DNA of 32,000 nt from Opitutia bacterium KCR 482 (GTDB taxonomy: Bacteria; Verrucomicrobiota; Verrucomicrobiia; Opitutales; Intestinicryptomonadaceae): positions 720,001-752,000 of the forward strand of contig CP149973.1 of the NCBI GenBank assembly GCA_029269845.2, given 5' to 3'. Of this stretch, positions 7,493 through 15,433 are shown one piece after another. The position numbers and the translations under genes are program-made. The notes under the pieces are model-generated. The model worked only from the letters and a program-made list of their open reading frames with translations, searched no databases and was not told the origin of the DNA. Numbering within the stretch: position 1 is the first letter of the stretch; each line of letters opens with the position of its first letter.

Positions 7493-8806
7493 TTAAAACA
7501 CAACCTGTATCTGCGCTATCGCAGTGTCGGATACCGCCTGCGGCCTGTACCCGCCCGTGGGGGAATCCTCGAAAATATAACGCTCCCAGCCGAGGGAAAA
7601 CTTCAAGTACTTTCCGTTGAGATACCAGTTTACGCCCGCGTAGTACGCGCTCACGCGGTCGTACAAACCCGCCGACGACATCTTGAAAACGACGTCCCTG
7701 CCGCGGATACCGCGCCCGTCGGTGTCGATGTACGAAAAGCGGAAGACCGGCTCGAACTCGCCGAAAGCGTCCGACTTGAAAACCCTGTACGCGCCCAGAA
7801 CGTAGAAGCCCATGGGAACGGCAGTCGGGGAGCGGTCGGTGTAGAGGGGGACGTCGGCGCTGCGCGTCTTGCCGTATTGGGCGGAAACCAGCATGAATTC
7901 GGCGTGCAGGGAAAAATCGCCGTATTCCAAGCGGAAGTAGGGGTTGACGCCGTATGCGTCGCCGAAACGCTCCATTCGCGAGGGGAGCGGCGCGGACTCG
8001 GAAATCGCCGAAACGAGTTTCTCGGCGTATCCGAATGTCGCGCCGACGCGCAGGGAGCAGTCGTCGAATTTTTTGTCGTAGCCGACGGTGAGCCAGCAGG
8101 AAACGCCGTTGTCGTAGCGGTAGCAGATGTCGTTGGGCTTTGAATTGACGACGGTCAGCGAGTACACGAAGTCGCGGGCAGACGGAATGCGGCCGTCCCA
8201 GTACACGCCCGTGTGGTAGCCCGAAAATCCCAACGCCGTGCCGTATGAGGTTTTCAGATAGCCGTCGTAGCCGCTGTCGCCGCCGCCGAAGTACATGCAC
8301 AAAATGGAGCGGTCGGGAGTTTTGAGGACTGTGCAGCTGTCGCACTCTTCGGTAGCAAAATTCACCGACCAGTGCCCAAGCTTCAGCTTGCCCGAAAGAA
8401 TGTCGCCGTCGGTATCGACTTCCCAGTGCGCGGTGTTGATGACGGTCGAGCTTGGCATGTACAGGCTGATTAGCGCGCGCGAATTTTCGGAGGTGTCGGC
8501 GATGAGCACGGGAATGAGGCGGCGGATATTGAAGCGCGACTCCTCGGCAAGACCGGCGTAGTCGTGCCAAGCGTGGGTGTAGCGCATTTGAAGCATAACG
8601 AGCGTGCGTATGCTCGACACGCTTTCGGGCAGACACACCGCCGCCTCCGCCGACTCCTTTTTAAGGTCGCGAGCCTCCTCCGCCGTCAGGATTCCCTTTT
8701 TTTCGAGGGCATCGAGAAGCGCGGCGTCGCGCGGAGGGTTTGCCGCAAGCGCGAAAAACGCCGCGGACAAAAAAACCGCAAATGTGATAAATCTGAAAAA
8801 TGCCAT
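7493..8806 (-). CDS. outer-membrane beta-barrel porin-like protein, paralog 2
   Basis: Inside track ORF 7493..9193. The start is the ATG at 8806 (MAFFRFITFAVFLSAAFFALAANPP, signal peptide). The C-terminus is ...IAQIQVVF. It shares motifs with paralog 1: DAALLDAL, ESRFNIRR, DRSILC.YFGGGDSGYDGY, YRYDNG.SCWL, GEFEPV. 437 aa. Confidence 0.8.
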   Translation of the reverse strand: MAFFRFITFAVFLSAAFFALAANPPRDAALLDALEKKGILTAEEARDLKKESAEAAVCLPESVSSIRTLVMLQMRYTHAWHDYAGLAEESRFNIRRLIPVLIADTSENSRALISLYMPSSTVINTAHWEVDTDGDILSGKLKLGHWSVNFATEECDSCTVLKTPDRSILCMYFGGGDSGYDGYLKTSYGTALGFSGYHTGVYWDGRIPSARDFVYSLTVVNSKPNDICYRYDNGVSCWLTVGYDKKFDDCSLRVGATFGYAEKLVSAISESAPLPSRMERFGDAYGVNPYFRLEYGDFSLHAEFMLVSAQYGKTRSADVPLYTDRSPTAVPMGFYVLGAYRVFKSDAFGEFEPVFRFSYIDTDGRGIRGRDVVFKMSSAGLYDRVSAYYAGVNWYLNGKYLKFSLGWERYIFEDSPTGGYRPQAVSDTAIAQIQVVF

Positions 8807-8954
8807 AACAATCCCCGCCGTAAACAAGATCCGCGCACGCAAGACAAACGCGCAAAATAAAATACGAACAATGCCGCCGCCGCGCGGGCAAGTCAAGACA
8901 TTTCCCCAAGCCGCGCCGCGCATGGAATATTTCGGGCAAACCGCATTTCTGTAT

Positions 8955-8983
8955 TTGACGAAAGCGCGAAAAAGCTTTAACAA
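8955..8983 (+). promoter_or_regulatory. candidate promoter for the EIIA-ClC pair
   Basis: TTGACG (8955-8960), a 17-nt spacer, then TAACAA (8978-8983), with 14 nt to the ATG at 8998. The -10 element is weak. Pattern match only. Confidence 0.2.
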
Positions 8984-8997
8984 GAATCCGATTTTAT

Positions 8998-9423
8998 ATG
9001 AAAAACGTCTATTTTGTAGAACTCTTCGGCATCGACGGACAGGCGGCGTGTCTTGATTCGCTCTTCGCCGCCCTCTCCGACGCGCTTGGCAAAGACAAGC
9101 TCGAAGAGCTGAAAGAGGCTGTCTACATGCGCGAGGACACCGCGTCCACATTCGTGGGCGGCGCAATGGCGGCTCCCCACGGGCGCGTGGCAAACCTCGG
9201 AGACCCCCTGCTTGTTTTCGGAATCAGCAAAAACGGAATAGACTGGCCAACGGACGAAGAAAAGGCGAAGCTCGTAGCCCTCATCGCGGTGGACAAAACC
9301 CAAGTGGCGGCGTACCTTTCAATCTTCCAGAAAATAGCGAAGTGGCACAAGAAAAACTCCGCGCTTTTGGACGACGCCGACTTTTCGGCAATTAAAAACT
9401 CCATCGAAAGGGACATGCGCTAA
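8998..9423 (+). CDS. PTS EIIA type-2 (PtsN-like) domain protein
   Basis: 141 aa. The segment REDTASTFVGGAMAAPHGRV...LVALIAVDK aligns by eye with E. coli PtsN REKMGSTGIGNGIAIPHGKL...LLFALLVPAD, including the phospho-acceptor His in the PHG motif. Confidence 0.7.
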   Translation: MKNVYFVELFGIDGQAACLDSLFAALSDALGKDKLEELKEAVYMREDTASTFVGGAMAAPHGRVANLGDPLLVFGISKNGIDWPTDEEKAKLVALIAVDKTQVAAYLSIFQKIAKWHKKNSALLDDADFSAIKNSIERDMR

Positions 9424-11184
9424 ATGAAGTCCGTCGCGCGCCTATCCGAAAGACTTTACGGAATCCTCCTCGGTTTGAGGTCGCGGATAAACCTCAGCGG
9501 CAAAAGCGGAACTTTTTTGTACGCGGTGTGCGCGGGCGTGCTGGCGGCGTTGGTCGCAACCGTTTTCCAAAAAAGCACGCAGTTCATCTTGGCGACTCTC
9601 ACGGGAACGGAGGGAGGACGCTTTGTGGCGACGTTCCAGCAAATTCCCGACTGGCGCAAAATCTTCGCGCTCGCGGTAGGCGGGGCGATTTCGGGGCTGA
9701 TTCTCCTGTTCGCGTCGCAAAAAGTGAAAAAAAAGGCGACGCCCTACATGGAAGCCGTCGCAATCGGCAACGGATACATTCCCGTGCGCCCCAACCTGCT
9801 CCGAAGCCTCGCGGCAATTATAACGATAGGCTCTGGCGCGTCGATAGGCCGCGAAGGCCCTCTCGTCCAGACTGTGACGGTGTTCGCGTCGCTCTTCGGG
9901 CGCAAGATGAACGTGCCCCTGCCGAGGCTCAGACTTCTGATTGCGTGCGCCGCCGCGGGAGGCATGTCGGCGGTTTTCCACACGCCGCTTGCGGGAGGGC
10001 TTTTCGTCTGCGAAATCGTAATCGGGGTGATGTCGATAGACATTCTCGCGCCGCTGCTTGTGTCGAGCTGCGCAAGCTACATTACGATTATGACGATTTC
10101 AAACCCCGCGCCGCTCTACGAAATATCCCGCGCGTACCTCTCGCAGGAAGTGTCGATTGCGTTCTACGCGCTGCTGTTGGGAATTTTGTCGTCGCTGCTT
10201 GCAAAGATGTGGCTTGCGATGCTAAACGGCGCAAGAAAAACCCTCAACGGCAACCCCTACTGGCTGCCCGTCCGTCTCGCGCTGGCGGGGATTATTGTTG
10301 GGAGCATCTCGATTTACTACCCCGAAGTCGTCGGAAACGGTGCGCACATAATAAGGGGCATTGTCTCGATGGATTTTTCGGCGGGGCAGATTTTGGTGTT
10401 CACGGTGCTGAAAATTTCGTGCGTTGCGCTGTTCTTCGGAATGGGCGCGGTCGGCGGGGTGCTGACGCCGAGCCTTACAATCGGCAGCATTTTCGGCTTC
10501 CTTTTCGCAAACGTGCTCGTGTCGGCGGGCGTACCGCTTTCGCCCGAAGAGGTGATCGGGTTCTCGCTTCTGGGAATGGCGGCGTTCTTCACGACTGCGG
10601 CGGCGGCTCCGATTACGTCGCTTATGCTCGTGCTCGAATTTACGCTCGCGGGAAGAATGATTTTCCCGCTGATTATAGGGGTGCTGACCTCCTATGCGGT
10701 GTCGAAAATGACGGGGGCGAAATCCATGTACAGCTCGGCGTTGGCGGGCAACGTGATGTCGGCGTTCAACCGCCCGATTGCGGAGGTCAAACTGAGCGAC
10801 ATTTTCAGGAAAAACTCCGACACCGTAATGCTCAACGAAACATTCGGCAAAATCTCGAAACGCTTTCTCGCCACCCCCGACGAGGCGGTTTTCGTGGCAA
10901 GCCGCACAAACAAATACCTCGGCGCAATATTCAGAAGCGACATTTTGAGCTTTTTGAAGTCGGACTACGTTTCAAACGTCATCGCCGAAGACATCATGCG
11001 CACCGACCTCCCCAAACTCTCGCCCGAAACGCCGCTAATCGACGCAATAAAAACGTTTTCGGAAATTTCGGGCGAAATTCTGCCGATTGTGGACGCTTCG
11101 GGAAAATTCTGCGGCACTGTCTATAAAAGCGATATTTTGATGGGCTTTGCCGAAGTCATGCGCCGCGAGCGCGTCCGCGTGTAG
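9424..11184 (+). CDS. ClC-family anion channel/antiporter with C-terminal CBS-pair region
   Basis: 586 aa with multiple TM segments. ClC motifs are GSGASIGREGP, HTPLAGGLFVCE and GGVLTPSL. The soluble tail of about 150 aa looks like a CBS pair (IAEVKLSDIF..., VIAEDIMRTDLPKLSP...LPIVDASGKFCGTVYKSDIL). The ATG follows the EIIA stop codon immediately (9421-9423 TAA, 9424 ATG). Confidence 0.85.
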   Translation: MKSVARLSERLYGILLGLRSRINLSGKSGTFLYAVCAGVLAALVATVFQKSTQFILATLTGTEGGRFVATFQQIPDWRKIFALAVGGAISGLILLFASQKVKKKATPYMEAVAIGNGYIPVRPNLLRSLAAIITIGSGASIGREGPLVQTVTVFASLFGRKMNVPLPRLRLLIACAAAGGMSAVFHTPLAGGLFVCEIVIGVMSIDILAPLLVSSCASYITIMTISNPAPLYEISRAYLSQEVSIAFYALLLGILSSLLAKMWLAMLNGARKTLNGNPYWLPVRLALAGIIVGSISIYYPEVVGNGAHIIRGIVSMDFSAGQILVFTVLKISCVALFFGMGAVGGVLTPSLTIGSIFGFLFANVLVSAGVPLSPEEVIGFSLLGMAAFFTTAAAAPITSLMLVLEFTLAGRMIFPLIIGVLTSYAVSKMTGAKSMYSSALAGNVMSAFNRPIAEVKLSDIFRKNSDTVMLNETFGKISKRFLATPDEAVFVASRTNKYLGAIFRSDILSFLKSDYVSNVIAEDIMRTDLPKLSPETPLIDAIKTFSEISGEILPIVDASGKFCGTVYKSDILMGFAEVMRRERVRV

Positions 11185-11353
11185 GCAACACCCGCCCGAC
11201 AACTTGCAAACCGCAAAACACTTGGGAAACTAATTCACCGCGCAAAACGCAATCAAGCCCCCAGCCCGCCGCAAAGACACGCCCACAAACTTCTTAAAAA
11301 AATCGGGAATTTCCAAGCGCAACCCGCAGTCCGAAAATTTCCCCGCCCTCCGC

Positions 11354-11381
11354 GCCCGCCCTCGAATCGGCGGGCTTTTTT
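11354..11381 (+). terminator. intrinsic terminator after the ClC gene
   Basis: gcccgcc (11354-11360), loop ctcgaat, cggcgggc (11368-11375), followed by tttttt (11376-11381). Confidence 0.65.
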
Positions 11382-11489
11382 GTATCGGCGCGGAAATTTT
11401 TGCCCGCAATTTGTGAATTTTCAGACGCTTGCAAATTAAACTCCCCGCGGAAATTTTTTTAGAAAATAAAAAAACCGCCGAAAAATTAC

Positions 11490-11518
11490 TTGACTCGTGG
11501 GTAGAAATGGCAAAAAAT
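11490..11518 (+). promoter_or_regulatory. candidate dcw (Pmra-like) promoter
   Basis: TTGACT (11490-11495), a 17-nt spacer, then AAAAAT (11513-11518), upstream of mraZ. It overlaps the first TGGNN boxes. Confidence 0.4.
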
Positions 11519-11541
11519 GGAGGAAAATGGAGAGCATGGGT
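11498..11541 (+). promoter_or_regulatory. five phased TGGNN direct repeats (putative MraZ operator)
   Basis: TGGGT at 11498, TGGCA at 11508, TGGAG at 11518, TGGAG at 11528 and TGGGT at 11537, giving spacings of 10, 10, 10 and 9 nt. They lie between the candidate -35 element and the mraZ ATG. Confidence 0.5.
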
Positions 11542-11546
11542 TAGAG

Positions 11547-12017
11547 ATGTCCGAAGAACATACAGTTGGCGATACTTACGCGGGTACTTTTATGAAAGTG
11601 CTCGACGAGAAGCGTCGCATAACTATCCCCGCAAAGTGGAGGTTCAAGGACGACGACGGCGAAAACTCTTATCTTGCGATACTTGTGAAATACGGCACAT
11701 ACAACGCCGTCCGCGTAATGCCGCCCGACATGGCGGCGGAACTCCGCTCGAAAATTTCGAAAATCCCGATTACGAACGTCGCAAAACAGCGCGCGCTGGC
11801 AAAATTCCTGCAAAACGCATGCACATTCGGTTGCGACAAACAGGGGCGAATAATGCTTGACGAATCCATACTTGCGAAAGCGGACATAAAAAAGGAAGTC
11901 TGCATGGCGGGCATGGGCGCAAATTTCGACCTGTGGAATCCCGAACATCGCGCCAAATGGCTCGGAGAATCCCCCGACGACGACGATACCGCGCTGCTCG
12001 AAGAATTGGGTATATAA
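11547..12017 (+). CDS. mraZ: transcriptional regulator MraZ
   Basis: Two SpoVT/AbrB-like halves are present: LDEKRRITIPAKWR and CDKQGRIMLDESILAKADI. The track start at 11517 lies inside the TGGNN repeat array, so I prefer the ATG at 11547 (MSEEHTVGDTYAGTF...). The start choice is uncertain by 10 codons. Confidence 0.85.
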   Translation: MSEEHTVGDTYAGTFMKVLDEKRRITIPAKWRFKDDDGENSYLAILVKYGTYNAVRVMPPDMAAELRSKISKIPITNVAKQRALAKFLQNACTFGCDKQGRIMLDESILAKADIKKEVCMAGMGANFDLWNPEHRAKWLGESPDDDDTALLEELGI

Positions 12018-12110
12018 ACCGCCGAACGCATATGAAGCCGAATTTTACAGAAAACAAAAGGACGCAAACGGCGTTTCGACAAAAACTTTTTCCAGATTTA
12101 CCGCAAATTA

Positions 12111-13049
12111 ATGCAATATTCAGATGACGACAATTTTCGCGAAGCCCCCAAGCAACACAAGCCCGTGCTGCTCGAAGAGGTCGTGAAAATTTTGTCGCCG
12201 CGCGACGGTAAAACATACCTCGACTGCACGTTCGGGGGCGGCGGACACACGAGGAGAATCCTCGAATCGGCGGACTGCAAAGTGGTGTCGCTCGACCGCG
12301 ACCCCGCCGCAATCGAACGCGCAAAAGCGGTGTCGGCGGACTACCCCGACCGCTTCGAATTCCGCCCCCTCGCATTCTCCGATTTGGACATGCTCGGCGG
12401 CGAAAGCTTTGCGGGAATACTCTTCGACTTCGGCGTGTCGTCGTTCCAGCTCGACACCCCCGAACGCGGATTTTCGTTCATGCGCGAGGGGCCGCTCGAC
12501 ATGCGCATGGACACCACAAAGGGCTTCACCGCCCGCGAATACATCGAAAGCGCGGACGAATCCGAGCTTGTCGAAATTCTGCGCGAATACGGCGAAGAGC
12601 CGCGCGCGCGCAAAATCGCCCGCGCGATAATCGCCGCGCGCGAGGCTGGCAAAATATCGACGACCGCCGAACTCGCAAAGGCAATCGCCGAAGCCGCGCC
12701 CTCGCACGAGAGAATCCACCCCGCGACGCGTGCGTTTCAGGCTCTGCGCATAAAGGTAAACGACGAGCTGGGGGAAATCGAACGCGCATTGCCCAAGGCG
12801 TTCGCCGCGCTCGAAAGCGGCGGAGTGATGGCGGCGATAAGCTTCCATTCGTTCGAAGACAGAATAGTCAAAAAATTTTTCAAAAAGGCGGCGGGGAGAC
12901 CCGAAGACCGCTTCGACACCTCGTTCGTACAGGACAGGGTAAAGCTTGCGGAACTGCTCACGCGCAAGCCGATTCTGCCGTCGGAAGAGGAAACAGCGAA
13001 CAATCCGAGAAGCCGCAGCGCAAAGCTACGCGCAATAAGAAAGGACTAA
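12111..13049 (+). CDS. rsmH: 16S rRNA (cytosine1402-N4)-methyltransferase
   Basis: HKPVLLEEV...YLDCTFGGGGHT...DRDP...FDFGVSSFQLD...ISFHSFEDRIVK...NPRSRSAKLR are classic RsmH/MraW motifs. The gene sits in the canonical position after mraZ. Confidence 0.92.
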   Translation: MQYSDDDNFREAPKQHKPVLLEEVVKILSPRDGKTYLDCTFGGGGHTRRILESADCKVVSLDRDPAAIERAKAVSADYPDRFEFRPLAFSDLDMLGGESFAGILFDFGVSSFQLDTPERGFSFMREGPLDMRMDTTKGFTAREYIESADESELVEILREYGEEPRARKIARAIIAAREAGKISTTAELAKAIAEAAPSHERIHPATRAFQALRIKVNDELGEIERALPKAFAALESGGVMAAISFHSFEDRIVKKFFKKAAGRPEDRFDTSFVQDRVKLAELLTRKPILPSEEETANNPRSRSAKLRAIRKD

Positions 13050-13051
13050 CA

Positions 13052-13420
13052 ATGAAAAACAAAAGCATTTCAGTGATAGCAGTATTGGTCGGACTTCTCC
13101 TGTGCGTGGTTTGCACGGGCTTCTTCGCGGTGTCGGCGGAACGCCAGCAGAAGCGCGAAATCTCGCGCCAGATAGCCTCGCACGAACGCGCAATAAAACA
13201 GCTCAGGCGCGACAACGAAGAGCTTTCAGTAAAAATCGCCGAAAAGGAAAACCCCGCCCTGCTCACGCGCCGCGCAAGCACAAGGCTCGTGCGCCCGCAG
13301 ATGACGGCGGTCGTCTGGGCGTACGAAAACTACGACGGCGGCAGAATCGACTTCGGCGGAAAATCAAAGGGACTTGTCTCGTTCAAAGCCCCCGATAAGA
13401 AAGGCGCGGTTCGTCAATGA
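13052..13420 (+). CDS. ftsL: FtsL-like bitopic cell-division protein
   Basis: 122 aa. One N-terminal TM segment (ISVIAVLVGLLLCVVCTGFFAV) is followed by a coiled-coil-like segment (IASHERAIKQLRRDNEELSVKIAEKE). It occupies the canonical slot between rsmH and ftsI. The call rests on position and architecture rather than sequence motif. Confidence 0.65.
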   Translation: MKNKSISVIAVLVGLLLCVVCTGFFAVSAERQQKREISRQIASHERAIKQLRRDNEELSVKIAEKENPALLTRRASTRLVRPQMTAVVWAYENYDGGRIDFGGKSKGLVSFKAPDKKGAVRQ

Positions 13421-15426
13421 CGCGCAGGCGGCGGAAGACTTCCATTTTCATATACACGGGGAGACTCGCGTTTGTCTCGCTGTGCATAGTGGGGGTGTTC
13501 TGCGCAATTTTCGCGCGGCTGTATTTTCTGCACGTAGTAAGGAGCGACGCAAGCATCGAGGCGACCGACAAGGCGCGAAAACTCTTCGACAAAATCCCCG
13601 CGCGGCGCGGCAACATTGTAGACTCGAAAGACAACCTGCTCGCCACAAGCCGCCCCGTAATCACGATCGGCGCAGACCCCGAGCGCGTGGAGTTCGACGA
13701 AGCGGGCAGGGAGAAGCTCCGCAAGCTCGCGGAAATCCTCAAAATGCGCCCCGCCGACGTCTTCGCAATCTGCACGCCCTATCAGGACGCCGAGAAAATC
13801 GGGCGCGTCAAAAACCGCCTCGACGAGCGGCAGACCCAGCGTCTGCGCAGCATAGGCGTAAACCTCAACATGACTTTCGAAGAGCTTTTGCGCAAGTGCC
13901 TGACGACCCCGCGCACCGAGCTTTCCGTGGAACGCCGCGTCGAACAGACCGCGCAAAAGCCAAAGGTTTTTGCGGAGCTTGCGCGCATTCTGCAAGTGCC
14001 GCAAAAGGAGCTTGAACGCAATTTTGCGTCGTTCTCGCCGCGCTGGAAAAAAATCGCCGAAAACCTCGACGACGCCACATACACGCAAATCAGGGCGCTG
14101 AAAATCAAGGGAATCCGCGGCGATAGAAAATACGTGCGCGTGTATCCGTCGGGACGCCTCACCGCGCACATCGTGGGCTTTGTCAACAAGGAGTTCAGCG
14201 CGGAACAGGGAATCGAAAAACAGTTCGACTACTACCTCCACGGGCAGGACGGCTGGATTGAAACCGAGCGAGACGGACACCGCGAAGAGCTTGTCCACTA
14301 CCGCTCGCGCGACGTCGCCCCGACCGACGGGCTGAACGTGGAGCTTTCGATAGACTCGATAATTCAGGAAATGGCGAACCGCGAGGTGCGCAACATAGTT
14401 TCGCAGTTCAACCCCAAAAGCGCGACGATTATCGTAAGCGAACCGTCCACGGGCTATATTCTCGCGATGGCAAGCTATCCCGACTTCGACCCCAACGAAT
14501 ACAACAAGGCCGAGCAGGACTCGCTCCGCAACCGCGCAATCTGCGACCAGTACGAGCCTGGGTCCACATTCAAAATCGTCTCGATTTCCGCCGCCCTCAA
14601 CGAATCGCTCGTGGGACCCGACGACGTTTTCGACTGCAACGCGCCGACAATCACATACCGCGGCAGGGTTCTGCGCCTGCCCAAGGAGGCGCACAAAATG
14701 GGCAACCTCACCGTGCGCGAGATAACCAAAAAAAGCTCGAACAAAGGCTCGGCGCACCTCGGCATTCTGCTCGGCGAAAGGAAGCTCTACCACTACGCGA
14801 GGCTCTACGGATTCGGCGAAAAGACCGACATCGGGCTTGTCGGCGAAATCGGCGGCACGCTCCACAAAGTCAAGGACTGGGACGGGCTGACGATTACCCG
14901 CCTGCCCATGGGGCATGCGGTGGCGGTAACGCCCCTGCAAATCCACTGCGCGATGAGCGTGATAGCAAATCAGGGAATTTACATGCAGCCGCAGCTTGTC
15001 AAGCGCGTGTTCGACAAACGCGGCGGAACGGTCGTCGCCTACCCCCCCAAAGCCCTGCGCAGGGTTATAAAGCCGCGCATCGCAACCCTCATGAGCGACA
15101 TGCTCTCGGAGGTCGTAAGCGACACGGGCACGGCCCGACGCGCCGCGCTCCGCGGCTTCAAGGTGGCGGGCAAAACGGGAACTTCGCAAAAAATAATAAA
15201 CGGAACTTACAGCACGCGCGACCACGTTGCGTCTTTCACGGGCTTCTTCCCCGCGCAGCGTCCGCGCCTCGTGATTACCGTTGTTGTGGATTCTCCGAAG
15301 TTGAAGGGCGTGGGATACGGCGGCATAGTCGCCGCGCCGTCGTTCAAGAACGTCGCCGAACAGGCGGCAAACTACCTCGGAATCCAAACCGACGAAGACT
15401 ACGAAAAAATGGTTGCTTGGAGATAG
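13417..15426 (+). CDS. ftsI: peptidoglycan D,D-transpeptidase FtsI (class B PBP)
   Basis: N-terminal TM anchor, plus the STFK (PGSTFKIV), SSN (KKSSNKG) and KTGT (AGKTGTSQK) motifs. ATGA overlap with ftsL. Confidence 0.92.
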   Translation: MTRRRRKTSIFIYTGRLAFVSLCIVGVFCAIFARLYFLHVVRSDASIEATDKARKLFDKIPARRGNIVDSKDNLLATSRPVITIGADPERVEFDEAGREKLRKLAEILKMRPADVFAICTPYQDAEKIGRVKNRLDERQTQRLRSIGVNLNMTFEELLRKCLTTPRTELSVERRVEQTAQKPKVFAELARILQVPQKELERNFASFSPRWKKIAENLDDATYTQIRALKIKGIRGDRKYVRVYPSGRLTAHIVGFVNKEFSAEQGIEKQFDYYLHGQDGWIETERDGHREELVHYRSRDVAPTDGLNVELSIDSIIQEMANREVRNIVSQFNPKSATIIVSEPSTGYILAMASYPDFDPNEYNKAEQDSLRNRAICDQYEPGSTFKIVSISAALNESLVGPDDVFDCNAPTITYRGRVLRLPKEAHKMGNLTVREITKKSSNKGSAHLGILLGERKLYHYARLYGFGEKTDIGLVGEIGGTLHKVKDWDGLTITRLPMGHAVAVTPLQIHCAMSVIANQGIYMQPQLVKRVFDKRGGTVVAYPPKALRRVIKPRIATLMSDMLSEVVSDTGTARRAALRGFKVAGKTGTSQKIINGTYSTRDHVASFTGFFPAQRPRLVITVVVDSPKLKGVGYGGIVAAPSFKNVAEQAANYLGIQTDEDYEKMVAWR

Positions 15427-15433
15427 ATTTAAT

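Noticed and set aside
12033-12127. 31-codon ORF (MKPNFTENKRTQTAFRQKLFPDLPQINAIFR) in the mraZ-rsmH spacer, overlapping the rsmH start
   Set aside because: It is very short, has no hydrophobic or otherwise recognisable feature, and overlaps the well-supported rsmH start. It is probably a chance ORF and cannot be evaluated without comparative data.
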